From: Amoebophrya sp. A120
Lineage: Eukaryota > Protista > Dinoflagellata
Length of the DNA: 64,000 nucleotides
NCBI GenBank assembly: GCA_905178155.1
Contig: CAJINV010000005.1
Location: forward strand, 7,556,989 to 7,620,988
Reading direction: 5' to 3'
Shown here: positions 35,552 through 47,396 of the stretch, piece by piece
Numbering within the stretch: position 1 is the first letter of the stretch
Layout: each line of letters starts with the position of its first letter
Program-made: the position numbers and the translations under genes
Notes under the pieces: generated by a model
Database searches by the model: none
The model's input: the letters and a program-made list of their open reading frames with translations, nothing else
Told to the model about the DNA's origin: nothing

Positions 35552-35752
35552 ATAAGCTTCGATGAACGTCCCGTGTAGTTGCAGGAGCAGATGAGGGCGC
35601 AACTCCATTACCATTTCCAAGTCGGTGCTACGGAGCGAAGAAACATCGTGATCATCTACAATTTTGGAAGGATACTCATACTATTACTACATAGCAGTTT
35701 ATACAAAATAAAGAAAATCCCAGCGGGAATCAACGCAAAAAACGACGTCCAT

Positions 35753-37708
35753 ATGAGCCTGAGCATGTGGTCCTCGTCTGCAAGAAGTATATCGTCTACC
35801 TGCGACTTGCTGTATCTCCTACTGGGTCTGCCTTTCCTCATCCCCCGCTTTGCCCTCGTACAGCCAATTGCCGCGGCCTCGGTCGTCTTCCTAGGTCCGG
35901 CCGTAGTGGAAAACGCGCTTGCCAGTGCTGGTTTAGGCACAGCTGTTGTCGGAAGAGGAAACATTCGGCGGCGCCCGCAAGAACATCCAGCGCCGATTCC
36001 GAAAAGTGCGGGTCGTCGTGTGGCAAGTGCAGCAGAGCGGAGCGACAGCAGCGACTCTGGTCGGGGCCCTCAACAGCCATCATCTTCGTCAGCAGGAGCG
36101 CTTTCTTCATCGTCCACCAGCGACCGCGAAACAGGAAGGTCGGAAGTAGGGCAACATGCCTCCGAAACTGCGGCAACAAGCAGAGCTCGTCAACAGCCTA
36201 GGGAACAAGAAGCTCCTGAAGGGGAGCTGCTAGTACATCTTCGTCACCCGCAAGAGCAGGAACAAATCTCGCACAATGTCGCTGTAAACGTAACACAACT
36301 CGGGGGAGTGTGTCTTGGCTGCAGCACCAGAGTGCTGATTCCCGTGCCAACGACGAATTCCGATAGTGCTGCAAGAGCGACATCAGGCGCTGGCTCGTCT
36401 CAGGCTGCAGCTTCCTCAGCTGCTGCACAAGTAGGAGCACGACACGAAGGAGATGACCGTTCTGGGAACAGACTGTCCACGCCTGGACCCGATTCGGGTA
36501 GAAGTTCTTCTGTCGCGCATGGTGCACAAGTAGATAATTCTCCTCCATACCAGTATACAAACCTTATTCTCAATGACCCACCAAGAGCACGGGATCCAGA
36601 TCGACAGCTGCGCATTCGAATATGCCCGCCAGAGCAGCGAGGAGGAGATCAGCGCAACTCTTCTACAGTGGTGGCTTCAACATCATCGTCGTCACTTCCT
36701 CTCAACGGCTTCAGAAGTGCAACCTCTCGGGCGGGGGCGACACCTCCGACTAGCACTAGACAAAATGATCAACGACCACAAATAAATGCTGTTGATAGAG
36801 GACAAACAACTCCGCAGGGGCCGGCCAGCACAAGCCGGTTCCAGCGAGGGTATTTTGTCACCACCGCGTCGGTATCCTCTGCAAAAGTATCGTACTCGGA
36901 GTAGTCGAAATTATGCATCACAAATTTTTTGTGTCAAGTTAAATCCCCCTTACAAATTCAATTTGTGATGCTGAGTCAATCTGTATTGCGATTTGTACTT
37001 CTAGTGCGATGCTTTTGCACTGCATAGTCGGAACTTCTAGAGTTCTTCGGCGCGGCAATTGGACCCGGGCCTGTGCATGAGGGGGCGGCTTTTCTGCGAC
37101 GGGCGAGTGAAGTTTTAGATTCCGGCTTGGACGAAGAGGTACAACATCAAGCAGGAGGGGTGCGAAGAACTACACGGGCAGCAGCTGCTGCACCACTGGT
37201 GCGAACTCCTGGTGTTCCGAGGCCAGCAACAGAACTCACAGCTCCTGAGCAGCACGCGGAACAGCGATCAAGCAGCGTGGAAGGAGGGGCTCGCAGGGCC
37301 GCTTTAGGAACACCTCCACCTGTAGAAGTTCTTGCGGATACACGACAAGCCATCGCACACCAAACACGTCTGCACACTATTTCTTCTTCAAGCGGCCACG
37401 CGGCTCCTGTAACGAGCCGGCGCTACCACGTCGTGCGGGGTACGAGTACTAGTACATACTATCAACGGGATGAACAAGATGTAGCAGACGAGGAAGTAGA
37501 GCGTATACGTGACACAGGCCAGCAACAAGAAGGTTATTGCCCACACTGTAGGAGCCGCCAACGGTTTATTACACCGCCAACAGCAAGCCGCGCGGACGCG
37601 GAGGCGGACGATGATCCACTATCTTCATCAGACAGCCCTTATTTCTACGGCGATCTAGAGCTTTACGAAGATTGGACCACAGGACCACCTGTGAGTGTGT
37701 CGATCTAA
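35753..37708 (+). CDS. Hypothetical low-complexity protein with hydrophobic N-terminus and CxxC motifs
   Basis: Exons 35753-36872 and 37032-37708 in frame; LLYLLLGLPFLIPRFALV; VCLGC and YCPHC. Confidence 0.65.
36873..37026. mobile_element. Introner family B
   Basis: B TIR; TSD GTCGG. Confidence 0.92.
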
Positions 37709-38737
37709 GGATGTAACCCATTTTTTCTATTCTGAAAATCACTGACTGATGTCCGTGCAGCCCAGCGTGCTGCTGTTGTATTCTTCAATTATTCACACGA
37801 ATAAAGCGACGTGCACTTCTACAACTTTCATCTAAAACAGCATTTTCAGTCTGCAAATCTACAATGAGCGACCTAGTACAGCACCAAAAAGTTGTGGCCC
37901 CGAAGTCCCTAAGGACCTTGTCTGGAATAGAAATGCACAAAAAACTGCTTTGGTTTGATACAGATAGAACTACCGCATTTTTTTGCCCGCGCTATTGATG
38001 AAATGTAAAGATCGTAAATTAATACTGATTTACGAAAGCCACCAAAACCCCCACGCTTTCCCGATATCGATAACGACAGCGGTTGAGATGTACTAGTTCC
38101 TTTTCTCCCGCCAGTATCCGTCTGTGCGTGTCGGTCTGAAGTCGAATTTCCCAAATCCTATGCCTCGGTTTTGTGAAGCCTTTTTGGTTTTGCGTTTTTG
38201 GTTTGACAGTTCAGCACAACACGAACATTTCGCGCGCTCCGAAAAATACAAATTGCGGCTGAAACTTCCTCGTTTCCATCATAATCTTCTCGGTGTGAAA
38301 AAATTGAAAAACGAGAAACAGTCGGAAAATGGATGAAACGTATTTTGGTATTATGCAAAATCAATGCTGAAGTAGAGGTAGAAGCTCTTCGACCATTCCT
38401 AGAGCCATCGTCGTATCATGAAAAAATTGTCAACGATCAAAGTGGAGCTAGCGGTTGGAAAGTAAGCACTTCTTTTCAACATCAAATTCAAACATGACGA
38501 AGTACAATGTGTGATGAAGTTCAAAATGTATAAGTATGCACTACCATCAGTAAGCATTTTTGCCACCGTCCTCCAGGAACACCATACGCAACAGCAACTT
38601 CTCGCTCTCCATAACATTTTTTTGTTCGGAGTACTTTGTATTGTTGGCAATGTTTTTCACACTTTAAGGGACATCAACGTAACTTTTTTCATTTTGCATA
38701 TCGTCTTCTATAAAACATTCCTCAGAATCACACAACC

Positions 38738-39241
38738 ATGGTGAACAATTCCCTTTACCAAAACGCGCGGTCCCAGCAAATCCGCCGAACCGCCGCAGGA
38801 GAAAATAAATCTACGCGATTGAAAAAGGACGACACTTTCATGCCCGGCAGCGCTGACACGACAACACCAGTCGAAGACAAAAAGCCCGAGGAAGGATGGT
38901 GGGCCTACATGTTCGGCGGAGCGACAGCGGAAACTGACGGAGCAGAGAAGAACAAGAGAAAAGAGATTCCCTACGAGGAGCTAACTCTGGATGAGAAGAA
39001 CCGAAAACACTGCCGCTCCGTCTGTTGCCTCCTCCTTTGCCCCTTGATAACGCTCGGGCTCGGGCTGTTTGTTGTGCTGGGGATTGCAGCGGTGAATGGT
39101 TGGGGAAAATCCAGGAGCGATTTCATCGACAACAGCGACCCGGGGAACCCTAAGCCTAAATATCCACCAAGACTAAGTAAAGCTCCTGCTACAACACCAG
39201 GTGGTGCCCCGTCCTCCGTAGCGGACGATTTGATGGAGTAA
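38738..39241 (+). CDS. Hypothetical single-pass membrane protein (may splice onward to the Thr-rich segment 39842-40051)
   Basis: 167-aa ORF; Cys cluster followed by hydrophobic LLLCPLITLGLGLFVVLGIAAV. Confidence 0.55.
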   Translation: MVNNSLYQNARSQQIRRTAAGENKSTRLKKDDTFMPGSADTTTPVEDKKPEEGWWAYMFGGATAETDGAEKNKRKEIPYEELTLDEKNRKHCRSVCCLLLCPLITLGLGLFVVLGIAAVNGWGKSRSDFIDNSDPGNPKPKYPPRLSKAPATTPGGAPSSVADDLME

Positions 39242-39932
39242 ATTGAATAAACTGGGGGGCAGCTGCCAATGCCATGCCAAAAATGCTTGATAAAAACAAG
39301 CGCAAATTCGGATGATCTATCCAGTGCGTCTTTCGTTCTTTTAGTTTTCGTTGCAGATGCGGAGCTGCATTTGACGAGCGCTGGCTTAGCTTGTTCACAG
39401 TAGTAGCATTTTAGCAGCGCCACGACCAAAAATGCTGGGAGTCTAGCAACAGGGCAATCGCATGGGCTGCATGTGCTGTGTAGTTCGTGTGCTGTTGATG
39501 TTGTCCACAACAGAAGTAGAGTGCGCATCTTCTACTTGATCTAGTTCACCTGTTGGTGAGATCATCTCTTCCAGCAGAAGTGACTCATCCATGCCCAGCC
39601 CGGTCTCGCACGGGCACAAGAACTACAGCTACTTCTTCTACCGGCTAGTACAACAACAAATCAGCAGTCAACGACCGCAGCAAGCCTTTGATATAGCTGC
39701 CCACAGGAACTTTTTCCACACAGGAGGACAATCCGCTCCAATAAAGATGAACTCCAGAAGATTCTTCAATCATTCTAACCGCCTAGTAGTAACAAGCACA
39801 CCTCGCCCCCCTGCCTGTGTAGTTGGAGCAGAAGCTTTTGGTTGTCTTTCCATACTGGAGCACCAGCTGGTACCAACTCTACCAACGGCACGGCTTCCGG
39901 GGGAGGTTGCTGTGGCGGCGGAGGTGCGGAAG

Positions 39933-40047
39933 TAACGACGACGACTAGTACAACGAGTGCGGCCGCAGCTTCAACGTCAACTTCTACGACGACGACAACA
40001 ACATCAACCGCAGCAACGACAACCACGACGACCACAACGACGACGGC
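39933..40047 (+). repeat. ACN trinucleotide-rich tract (poly-Thr, mucin-like)
   Basis: ACGACGACG/ACAACA repeats encoding TTTTSTTS...TTTTTTTTTA. Confidence 0.6.
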
Positions 40048-41231
40048 ATAATCTTCACTGTCAGCAGTACTAGAAAAGAAGTAGTTCGTATCGACGGGCT
40101 GTCGGAGTAGAAGAAGAAAGCAGCTTCGCCATGGTTACAACGAGTATGCGTATGGTCACGACCTCCACGCCTTGTTGTGATACAGCGCCACGTAGATGAA
40201 CGCGATTTTTAGAGTCGACTTTCAAATAGACTGAGGTGTGACAAAGAGCAGCCCCGGTGGCTTCTAAGTACTAGAGTTCTTCACTTCATATGCCGATAGC
40301 GTCTTTCAAATGACCTTTTTACTAGTAGCGACACTCTCGTCCGAGGAACACAAGAAGATGCACGCCATGGATTAAAAATCACGCGCCTGTTATGGGTGCT
40401 GTTGCTGGGAACTACCAGGCACAGACAGCACATCATGTTTTACACATGAACATTTCCACCGCACGATTTTGGTAAAGAAAAAGCGTCTGGTACGCATACG
40501 CAGATATATTTGGACGCACAAAAATTTCAGTCCGTTGCTCGTCTTCCTTTAGAGAAGTGATGTCGGTACTGACAGAAGGCTTCACACCGTGTCGGAGTCG
40601 GTTTCTGATGTTTTACTATCTACAGCTGGTAGCTGCATTTTTGCATTTGCTGAACTGCCGTTTTCAGTCGGTCGCTGCTTGCCTTGTTGTCTCGTCGCAA
40701 CCAGGCACCGCAACTACTCGGTTTGCTTGCACCACACGCAACGCAAAATTAAGTTGTCTCCTTCGGTCTGCAAGAAAGATGCTTCAAGCTGCTCAAGCAG
40801 CGGTCTAAGCAGTACTTCGGTCGTGTGTTTGTAGCTGATACCACGAGCACGGCCAGCATCGGTTTTTGTGCCGATCACAGATATCTTACTGCTCACGTTT
40901 TCTGTATGTTTGTCAACGTAGAACAAGCACTAGAGGCTTACATTCTTCCACCCCTTTACCATTGAAACTGAAACTCAGGCAGCTCATTGAACCAACCCAT
41001 AAACATTGGCCCTTCTACACCTTTTTTTTCAAGGTGAGAAGGAGCAACCTATTCAAAGTTTTCTTTAAATTTTACCGTAGCCGCTGCCCTACGCAGCGGC
41101 AGGTACTTCCGGTCGTCGATTGTGACGCGAGCAGCCGCGTCGAAGAACCATCTCTACTTTGTTCCGACGGTGCAGCTTTATCCCTTATTTTTCCGACTGT
41201 TTGTTTGATTGCCAAGCAAAACTGATTGAAA

Positions 41232-44200
41232 ATGGGCGCCGGGAGCTCGCGCCCGGACGGGGAGTCCGATATCCTGCATTTAGAATTAAACAGCTACGAG
41301 ATTACCGCCAGTCAGAAGTCCCACCCCCCAGTCTCCATCACCGGCAAAGTCAACATCATCCTGGATCCCGACGCGAGTGAGATCAAGGAGTTGAGGAAGT
41401 TGATCGAGCGGGACCCGACGGCCTTGCAGCTCTTTATCGCGTTCCACGGGATAGAAACGCTCCAGACCGCGAATGGAAGCACTGACTATCCACAGTAAAT
41501 TTCCCGTACACGTACAAATGCGGTCTCTGCATGACAAAACTTGGCTTCGATCCTAGTTTAGCATGGCAAGTTTTACGCTCCAAATTGGTAGAATTTGTGA
41601 TGCATCTTGTACATGTACGGGAAATTTGTATTGCATACTGACGCGACAAACACGATAATCAACCTCGAGCACAAGGTGGACTACGATTTTGGGAACCTGT
41701 TATTGGTGAACAAGCAAAACAAAAATCGGAGGAAAACGCACTACGCGACGAAGGGTAACACTAATGTGGAGAAATACTCCATCCCCTTTTCGTTCCCCTT
41801 ACCGCAAAACCAAATTTTACCCGGTTCGACCTTTTTCTCGTCTGTCGAACAGGGGATAACGAAGGCCGCAATCGAGTACAAAGCGAGTGTGGAGTTGCGT
41901 GGACCGGTCAACGGGACAAGTCGGGCAACGCAGGTGGTTGGTGGTAGTTCTACCGCTCAGACGGATAAGTCGGGGAACGTAACGTATGAGAAAGCGGCTG
42001 TACCAATCAACGTCCACGAGAAATTGCCAGTGAAACTGTTGAAGCCGGTGGCTGCTGGAAGATCTTCAAGTGCGGGAGGTGATAAAGCAGATTTCACCAA
42101 CCCCGTGTACAGAAACACCGTTTTGGCTTTGACACAAGACGGTAAAACCGCCAACACAGTGTTCGACGAAGATGACATGGTCGGGAAGCCGCTCGGCCGG
42201 GACTTAGTAGAAGCGTCGGAGCACAAGCAAACTTGCTGCTCCAGGACTTTTTTCTGCTGCGCGGGAAGAAATAATACCAATGCACAAAATGCAGCTATCA
42301 AAACGAAGAAACAGATCGAGAAGGAGAACACAGTGGTACTCGAATTCACGAAGGTTCTAAACCCTATTAAACAAGGGGACTCGATACTACTGGAAGTCCA
42401 GATTTTGATGGATGGAAACGCGGACAGGAAGCAGCAGGGGACATCAAACAAGGGCGCAGAAGAGGCGAAACCCCTATTGGGGAAGAACAAAAATGGCCCG
42501 AAGAAACGGCTACCGAAGATTCAGATGGAAGTGTGGTATCAAATGCAAAAATGTCTGGGTCTGGAAGAATGCAAGTTTGTCATGCTTGTCGAGCATGACT
42601 CGAGAATCTGTGTTGCGTAGGCACGAAGAGGCGCTCTTACCTGTCATGCAAAAACGCAGTTTGCCATGCGGAATACCTAGGACATGGGAGCCAAAAAAAT
42701 TGTCATGCATAGCTGCGTATTGCAGTGCGTCTCCCATTCACTTTTAGCATTACAAGTTTCCAGACCCAGACATATTTGCAATGCATATGTGGCGGCTGAT
42801 CACGATTTTCCAACCAGAAACGAAGAACGTGATCCGAAACCAGGAGGTCATTTTTCGGGACGAATTATCCAAGAAAAAAACACCATCACGATCACATTTA
42901 GGAGGTTTTGCATCAAAAATTTGTGTCGCATGACAGATTTTTCTTGTATTGCAAAAACATAAAGGAAAATCGCCTTGAGCTCTTGACTGTCATGCATTTC
43001 TGCGCATGACAAAAATTTTTGTATTGCAAAAATGTGCAAAAGTGATTGTGATGGTGTTTTTTTCTTGGATACGAATTTCCGGAAACGGAAGTTTTCAACA
43101 ACATGCGGGAGGAGGTGCTGCTGAAACTGAATCTTTTTCAGGACAACCAGAATGCTGGTGATGACACAACAACAGCTGCTCAGAAGAAAAACAAGAAAAA
43201 CGCGTCAGCACAACCGACAGGAGCTTCCCAACACAACTTCAGCGAGTCTGTCCCGCCCTCCTCTGCGAGTGGGAAATTAGTTCAGATCGAGTACCAGATT
43301 GTTGCGAAAACGATTGACCAAGCTGCATTCGCTGCTTCGAAGGGCAAAGAGCTCCAAACGAAGCTTTTACCAGCAAACGAGAAGCAGCTTTCCGCTTATC
43401 TCTGGCAGTTTCCTTGCGTAATTGTGCCGCGGAGGATGGCGAAGGGGAGCAAACTGTCCGACCAAGCAGAGCAGCTGGAATCGATTTTGCTCCCCGCGGC
43501 GATTTTTCACCAACAGGGGCACATGATCACGTCTGCCATGCCGGGGTTTGACGGGATGGCGAGCGATTTTAACTCCGTAGCAGCGGACGACTTGTATGAC
43601 TATGGGAAGATGGGCACAACCATGAACAATTACGGCTACGACAGTGAGAACGGTGTCCCTCTCTCCGCCGCACAGGCATTTGACATCGCGTTACTGCAAG
43701 GACACAACCAGGAAATCATGTCGGGTTTTTACGAATCCGTCGACACTGGGTTGCCAAGAACGAAATCCTACAGAAACGACCAGAATTCTATTTCTGGAGC
43801 ACGACAAATAAGTGGCGGCTCTACTTCAAATTCTCCGCTGGCTGGAAACCTTCCAGCGACGAAACGAACCAGTGGAAAGACGACCCAGAACATTTCCGTC
43901 AACGCGGGGCTGTACCAGTCGAGCCCGAATAATTCGCCGAAGCAACAGTCAAACAATTCCTCCCGGAAAAACTCGAAGCAAAATGTAATTGCAGCAACAG
44001 CAGCAGCAGTACCAGCACCCACAACGACGGGCAGAAATAGCAACAGCCGGATCCTGGACGTCCGGGGCCCGCAGAATTTGCCGAAAAAACCGCAAGTATC
44101 AAATGTAAAAATGTCTGGGTCTGGAAGAATGCGCGATTTGTCATGCTGCTTTTCAATGACCCACGAGGTCTGGAATGCAGGACCTAGCGTGACAGATTTT

Positions 44201-45887
44201 GCGAGACCTTTCTAATGCCTATCCTGCATGAGAAACTACCTCCTGACTTGGTCAAAACTGGACGACTTTTGGTAATCATGCAACGCAGATTTTTGCATGC
44301 TGCAGATTTAGCATGACAAGTTGCATTCTTCCAGACCCAGATATTTTTACATTTGATAACAAGCGTATGCGAACCAAATGATCGAATCTGCGGAGTTCGG
44401 CACCCCAACAAGCGTCTTGGGGTCGCTGCAGTCCTACTCTTATCCGGATGCAAACTATTCCGATGGAATGGTAAATCTCAACTCGTCACTGCAAACCGGG
44501 CATTTTGGCGCCGACGCGCAGTCCAACTTGCCGCTTGGGCGGCAGGGCAGAAACAGCGAGGAGGAGATGTTTCCTTTTGTCCCAACGGCGAACAATCTGG
44601 CCGTTTCATCTTCAAGTGGGAGAGGAGGTACTAGCAGGAAACTAAAGGCTGCACTGGATAATGATAAACAGCCGCAGGGAAAGATCTCCAGGGGGAACAC
44701 GAATACGACAACTGGGGCCAAAACTACAAGTAGAAATTCCGCCGCGATGAACAATCTGAAATCGAAGGACTCCTCCCAAAATGAGCCTATCAGCGGCTAC
44801 CAGGACATCATTGCTGACGATGATGACATGCTGGATTTGGCTTTGATCAGCCGCGGGGAAACCATCGGTAGTAGTTCCAGAAACGACGGATCGAGGGGAA
44901 CCGACGTGGACGGTTATGATAGGAAAAAGCGTTAACGTTAAACGGAATCTATGACGCAATAAGGCACGCAGTATAGAATTTATCTTGCATTTATAGCATT
45001 CGGAGTTGTAGTACGCAAAATTTGTCATGCATGACTGGCATCCGTGACAACCGTTACCGCTAACACTTTTTGGGTTTATAAAGGTGGTGGGGAAAACACG
45101 TCCGCTGACATTCTTCTATCCGACATTCTCACCCGATATGCACTGCAAATATGTCTGGGTCTGGAAACTTGTAATGCTAAAAAGGAATGATAGACGCACT
45201 GCAATACGCAGCTACGCATGACAATTTTTTTGGCTGCCATGTCTTACGTATTTCGCATGGCAAACTGCGTTCTTGCGTGACAGGTAAGAGTCCCTTTTCG
45301 TGCCTATGCAACACAGACTCTCGAGTCATGCCAGACAAGCATGACAAACGTGCATTGCTCCCGACCACCCAGACATATTTGCATTTGATACCCGAGCTAC
45401 GGGTGACCTCCTCGCAAACGAGCCCCAGTACAAGGAAAACTTGGATATGAGAGTGCACAACTCCCCCTCCCCCTCATTTGTATGGCATGAACAGCAACAC
45501 AAACACTAGCACACGTGGAGGCTGAGCATTACAAGCTCCTGCGGCGACTGTAGTACTGTTTGGGCTTTCATAATTTGTCATGCAAACAGCGCTACGAGGC
45601 AGCAGCTGGATTTGGAATTATGCATGACAAATGAGGGGGAGGGGGAGTTGTGCATTGTCATATTGGAGAAGAACTACGCAAAAGTGTCGAGGGACAAGCT
45701 GAAAATGGTGGACTTCCGGATCGACGACGAGGTGAAGGATTTGATTGGAAACGTCAAAAAAACGCCGACGAGCAAAGCGGGTACAAATTTCGAGAGGAAA
45801 CACTCGAGTTTACGGGTGCTCGGCGTGGAGCCGATCAGAAAATATGATGAGATGATCCAGTCGGTCCGGAAATCACACGTGTGGTAA
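41232..45887 (+). CDS. Alpha-arrestin-like protein, predicted N-myristoylated; 8 exons
   Basis: MGAGSS; ITGKVNII, IAFHGIE, YSIPFSFPLP..LPGS, IEYKASVEL resemble Arrestin_N; frame continuous over 7 introners. Confidence 0.72.
41487..41637. mobile_element. Introner family I (reversed vs 14233)
   Basis: TIR AAATTTCCCGTACA.GTACAA; TSD CTGAC. Confidence 0.92.
42537..42787. mobile_element. Introner family D (D5)
   Basis: D TIR; TSD TGTGG. Confidence 0.92.
42866..43071. mobile_element. Introner family K
   Basis: TIR TATCCAAGAAAAAAACACCATCAC; TSD CGAAT. Confidence 0.93.
44097..44358. mobile_element. Introner family D (D2)
   Basis: D TIR; TSD GCAAG/ACAAG. Confidence 0.92.
44915..45080. mobile_element. 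Introner family C-like (aged)
   Basis: Inverted repeat AAAAAG.GTTA.CG.TAA; TSD ACGGT/AAGGT. Confidence 0.82.
45137..45390. mobile_element. Introner family D (D5, reversed vs 42537)
   Basis: D TIR; TSD CCCGA. Confidence 0.92.
45446..45662. mobile_element. Introner family J
   Basis: TIR TGCACAACTCCCCCTCCCCCTCATTTGT; TSD TTGGA. Confidence 0.92.
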
Positions 45888-47396
45888 GCACAAGCAGGAG
45901 TATCTTGTTTCTGTTTTTCATGTACGAGGCCGTAGTAGTTCTGTTGGTCCCTATGATTCCTTTTTGATGTAATTGTTTTACTTACCATGCATTGCTGTAC
46001 ACGCATTGAACATTTTTAGGTTTACCTTTACTGGAAACTAGTTGGCTCACTTTCGACGCATGTGAAGATGCAGAACTTTTTCTACGGATGAAATTGTCTC
46101 TGCATTGTCCATGTATTTTTGGCGTTTTATCTCTTGTTACTTCTTCGAGACAATTTCTGTCTCTGCTACTTTTTCAAGTATACCATAGATGTAGTCCTCG
46201 CGAATTCATGACTATGACTTATTTGTATACATTTTTCTGTACTACCGTATTTTTATGATTATGACGACAAAAATCTATAAGCGACGATCCTATATGGGTG
46301 AAGACCCTGAGGATCTCTTCCTCTTCTAATTTTTGATCATCCACTTCATGCACCTAACACCTGCTACAAGTAACAGGACCACGAGGAGCTGGCCTGCTCT
46401 TGTAGATCGTGTGTGGTGCAGCATATATCAGATTTGTTCTGTGGCATTCATCAAAGGCTTTGCTGGATAGCGTTGCGGCTGGTGCTGACCATACCATTAT
46501 GACTGAATCCTGACGAGAAGCAAAACTTCAGTGCGCAGCAGACAGGACACGGTTTCAATCTGATACAAAGTTGATTTTTGTCGCAATTAAAAAAAAAAAA
46601 TGAAAACGACCGCCATTGTGCTTGTGCGTCGGAATTGGATGCAGATTTTTGCATCCGCTAGTACAGACATACATTTATTAGATTCCCTCGACCTAGTTCG
46701 CCGTTGCTCTTGTTTGTCATGAGTCAGACACAGATTGTCACTGCCGGCGATATCGTACATGGCTTCCTAAGTCCTCGCAACTCATCTCTTTTCGGTTCGT
46801 GCTGCTTCTGTCGTGTAGTCTCGTTCGTGTCGTGTCACAGTGAAATTGAAGCAGTAACTATTGCTGATGGTTAGAGGATTCCTTCGGTCATTCCAGTACG
46901 AGAACAAATCTGTTGTCGTCTCTTCTTCTTCGTTCTCATTGATCGTTGTCGTTCCATTGTATTACATTTGTGGCATGTGGTTCCGCCTGCATTTTCTCCA
47001 TGCAACGGTCTATTTGTCTCGTGATGTGGCAATAATCAGAATTTCGATTTCGTCTCATCTCTGTTGTTTCTGAATGAATCCAGCAGACCATAACTCAACC
47101 TCAGCCTGAACGTGGACCCCACAATTACAAAAGTAAGTATGAAAATTTCGTTTCGTATAGAAAGTCAACATGCCAAACACCCGCCTTCAGTAGCCATTTA
47201 CTAGCCAAAACAGCCTTCAGGAGTAGCCAAACACCCTCCAGGAGTAGAAAGAAATCCCCCGCCTAGCATCTAGGAATAGCAAAGACCGGCTCCTTCGTTC
47301 CCGCAAGGGCGACATCCGTTGTCGACGAGGATTCCTATCACATTCACAACACTTTCTTACCTCTACTCAGAAAAAAAAAAGACAAACCCAGCCAAC

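Noticed and set aside
41074-47200. Dinoflagellate spliced-leader relics (ACCGTAGCC near 41074; GTAGCCATTT near 47190)
   Set aside because: Only 9-10 nt match the 22-nt leader, which is compatible with chance; the second lies in a degenerate local repeat.
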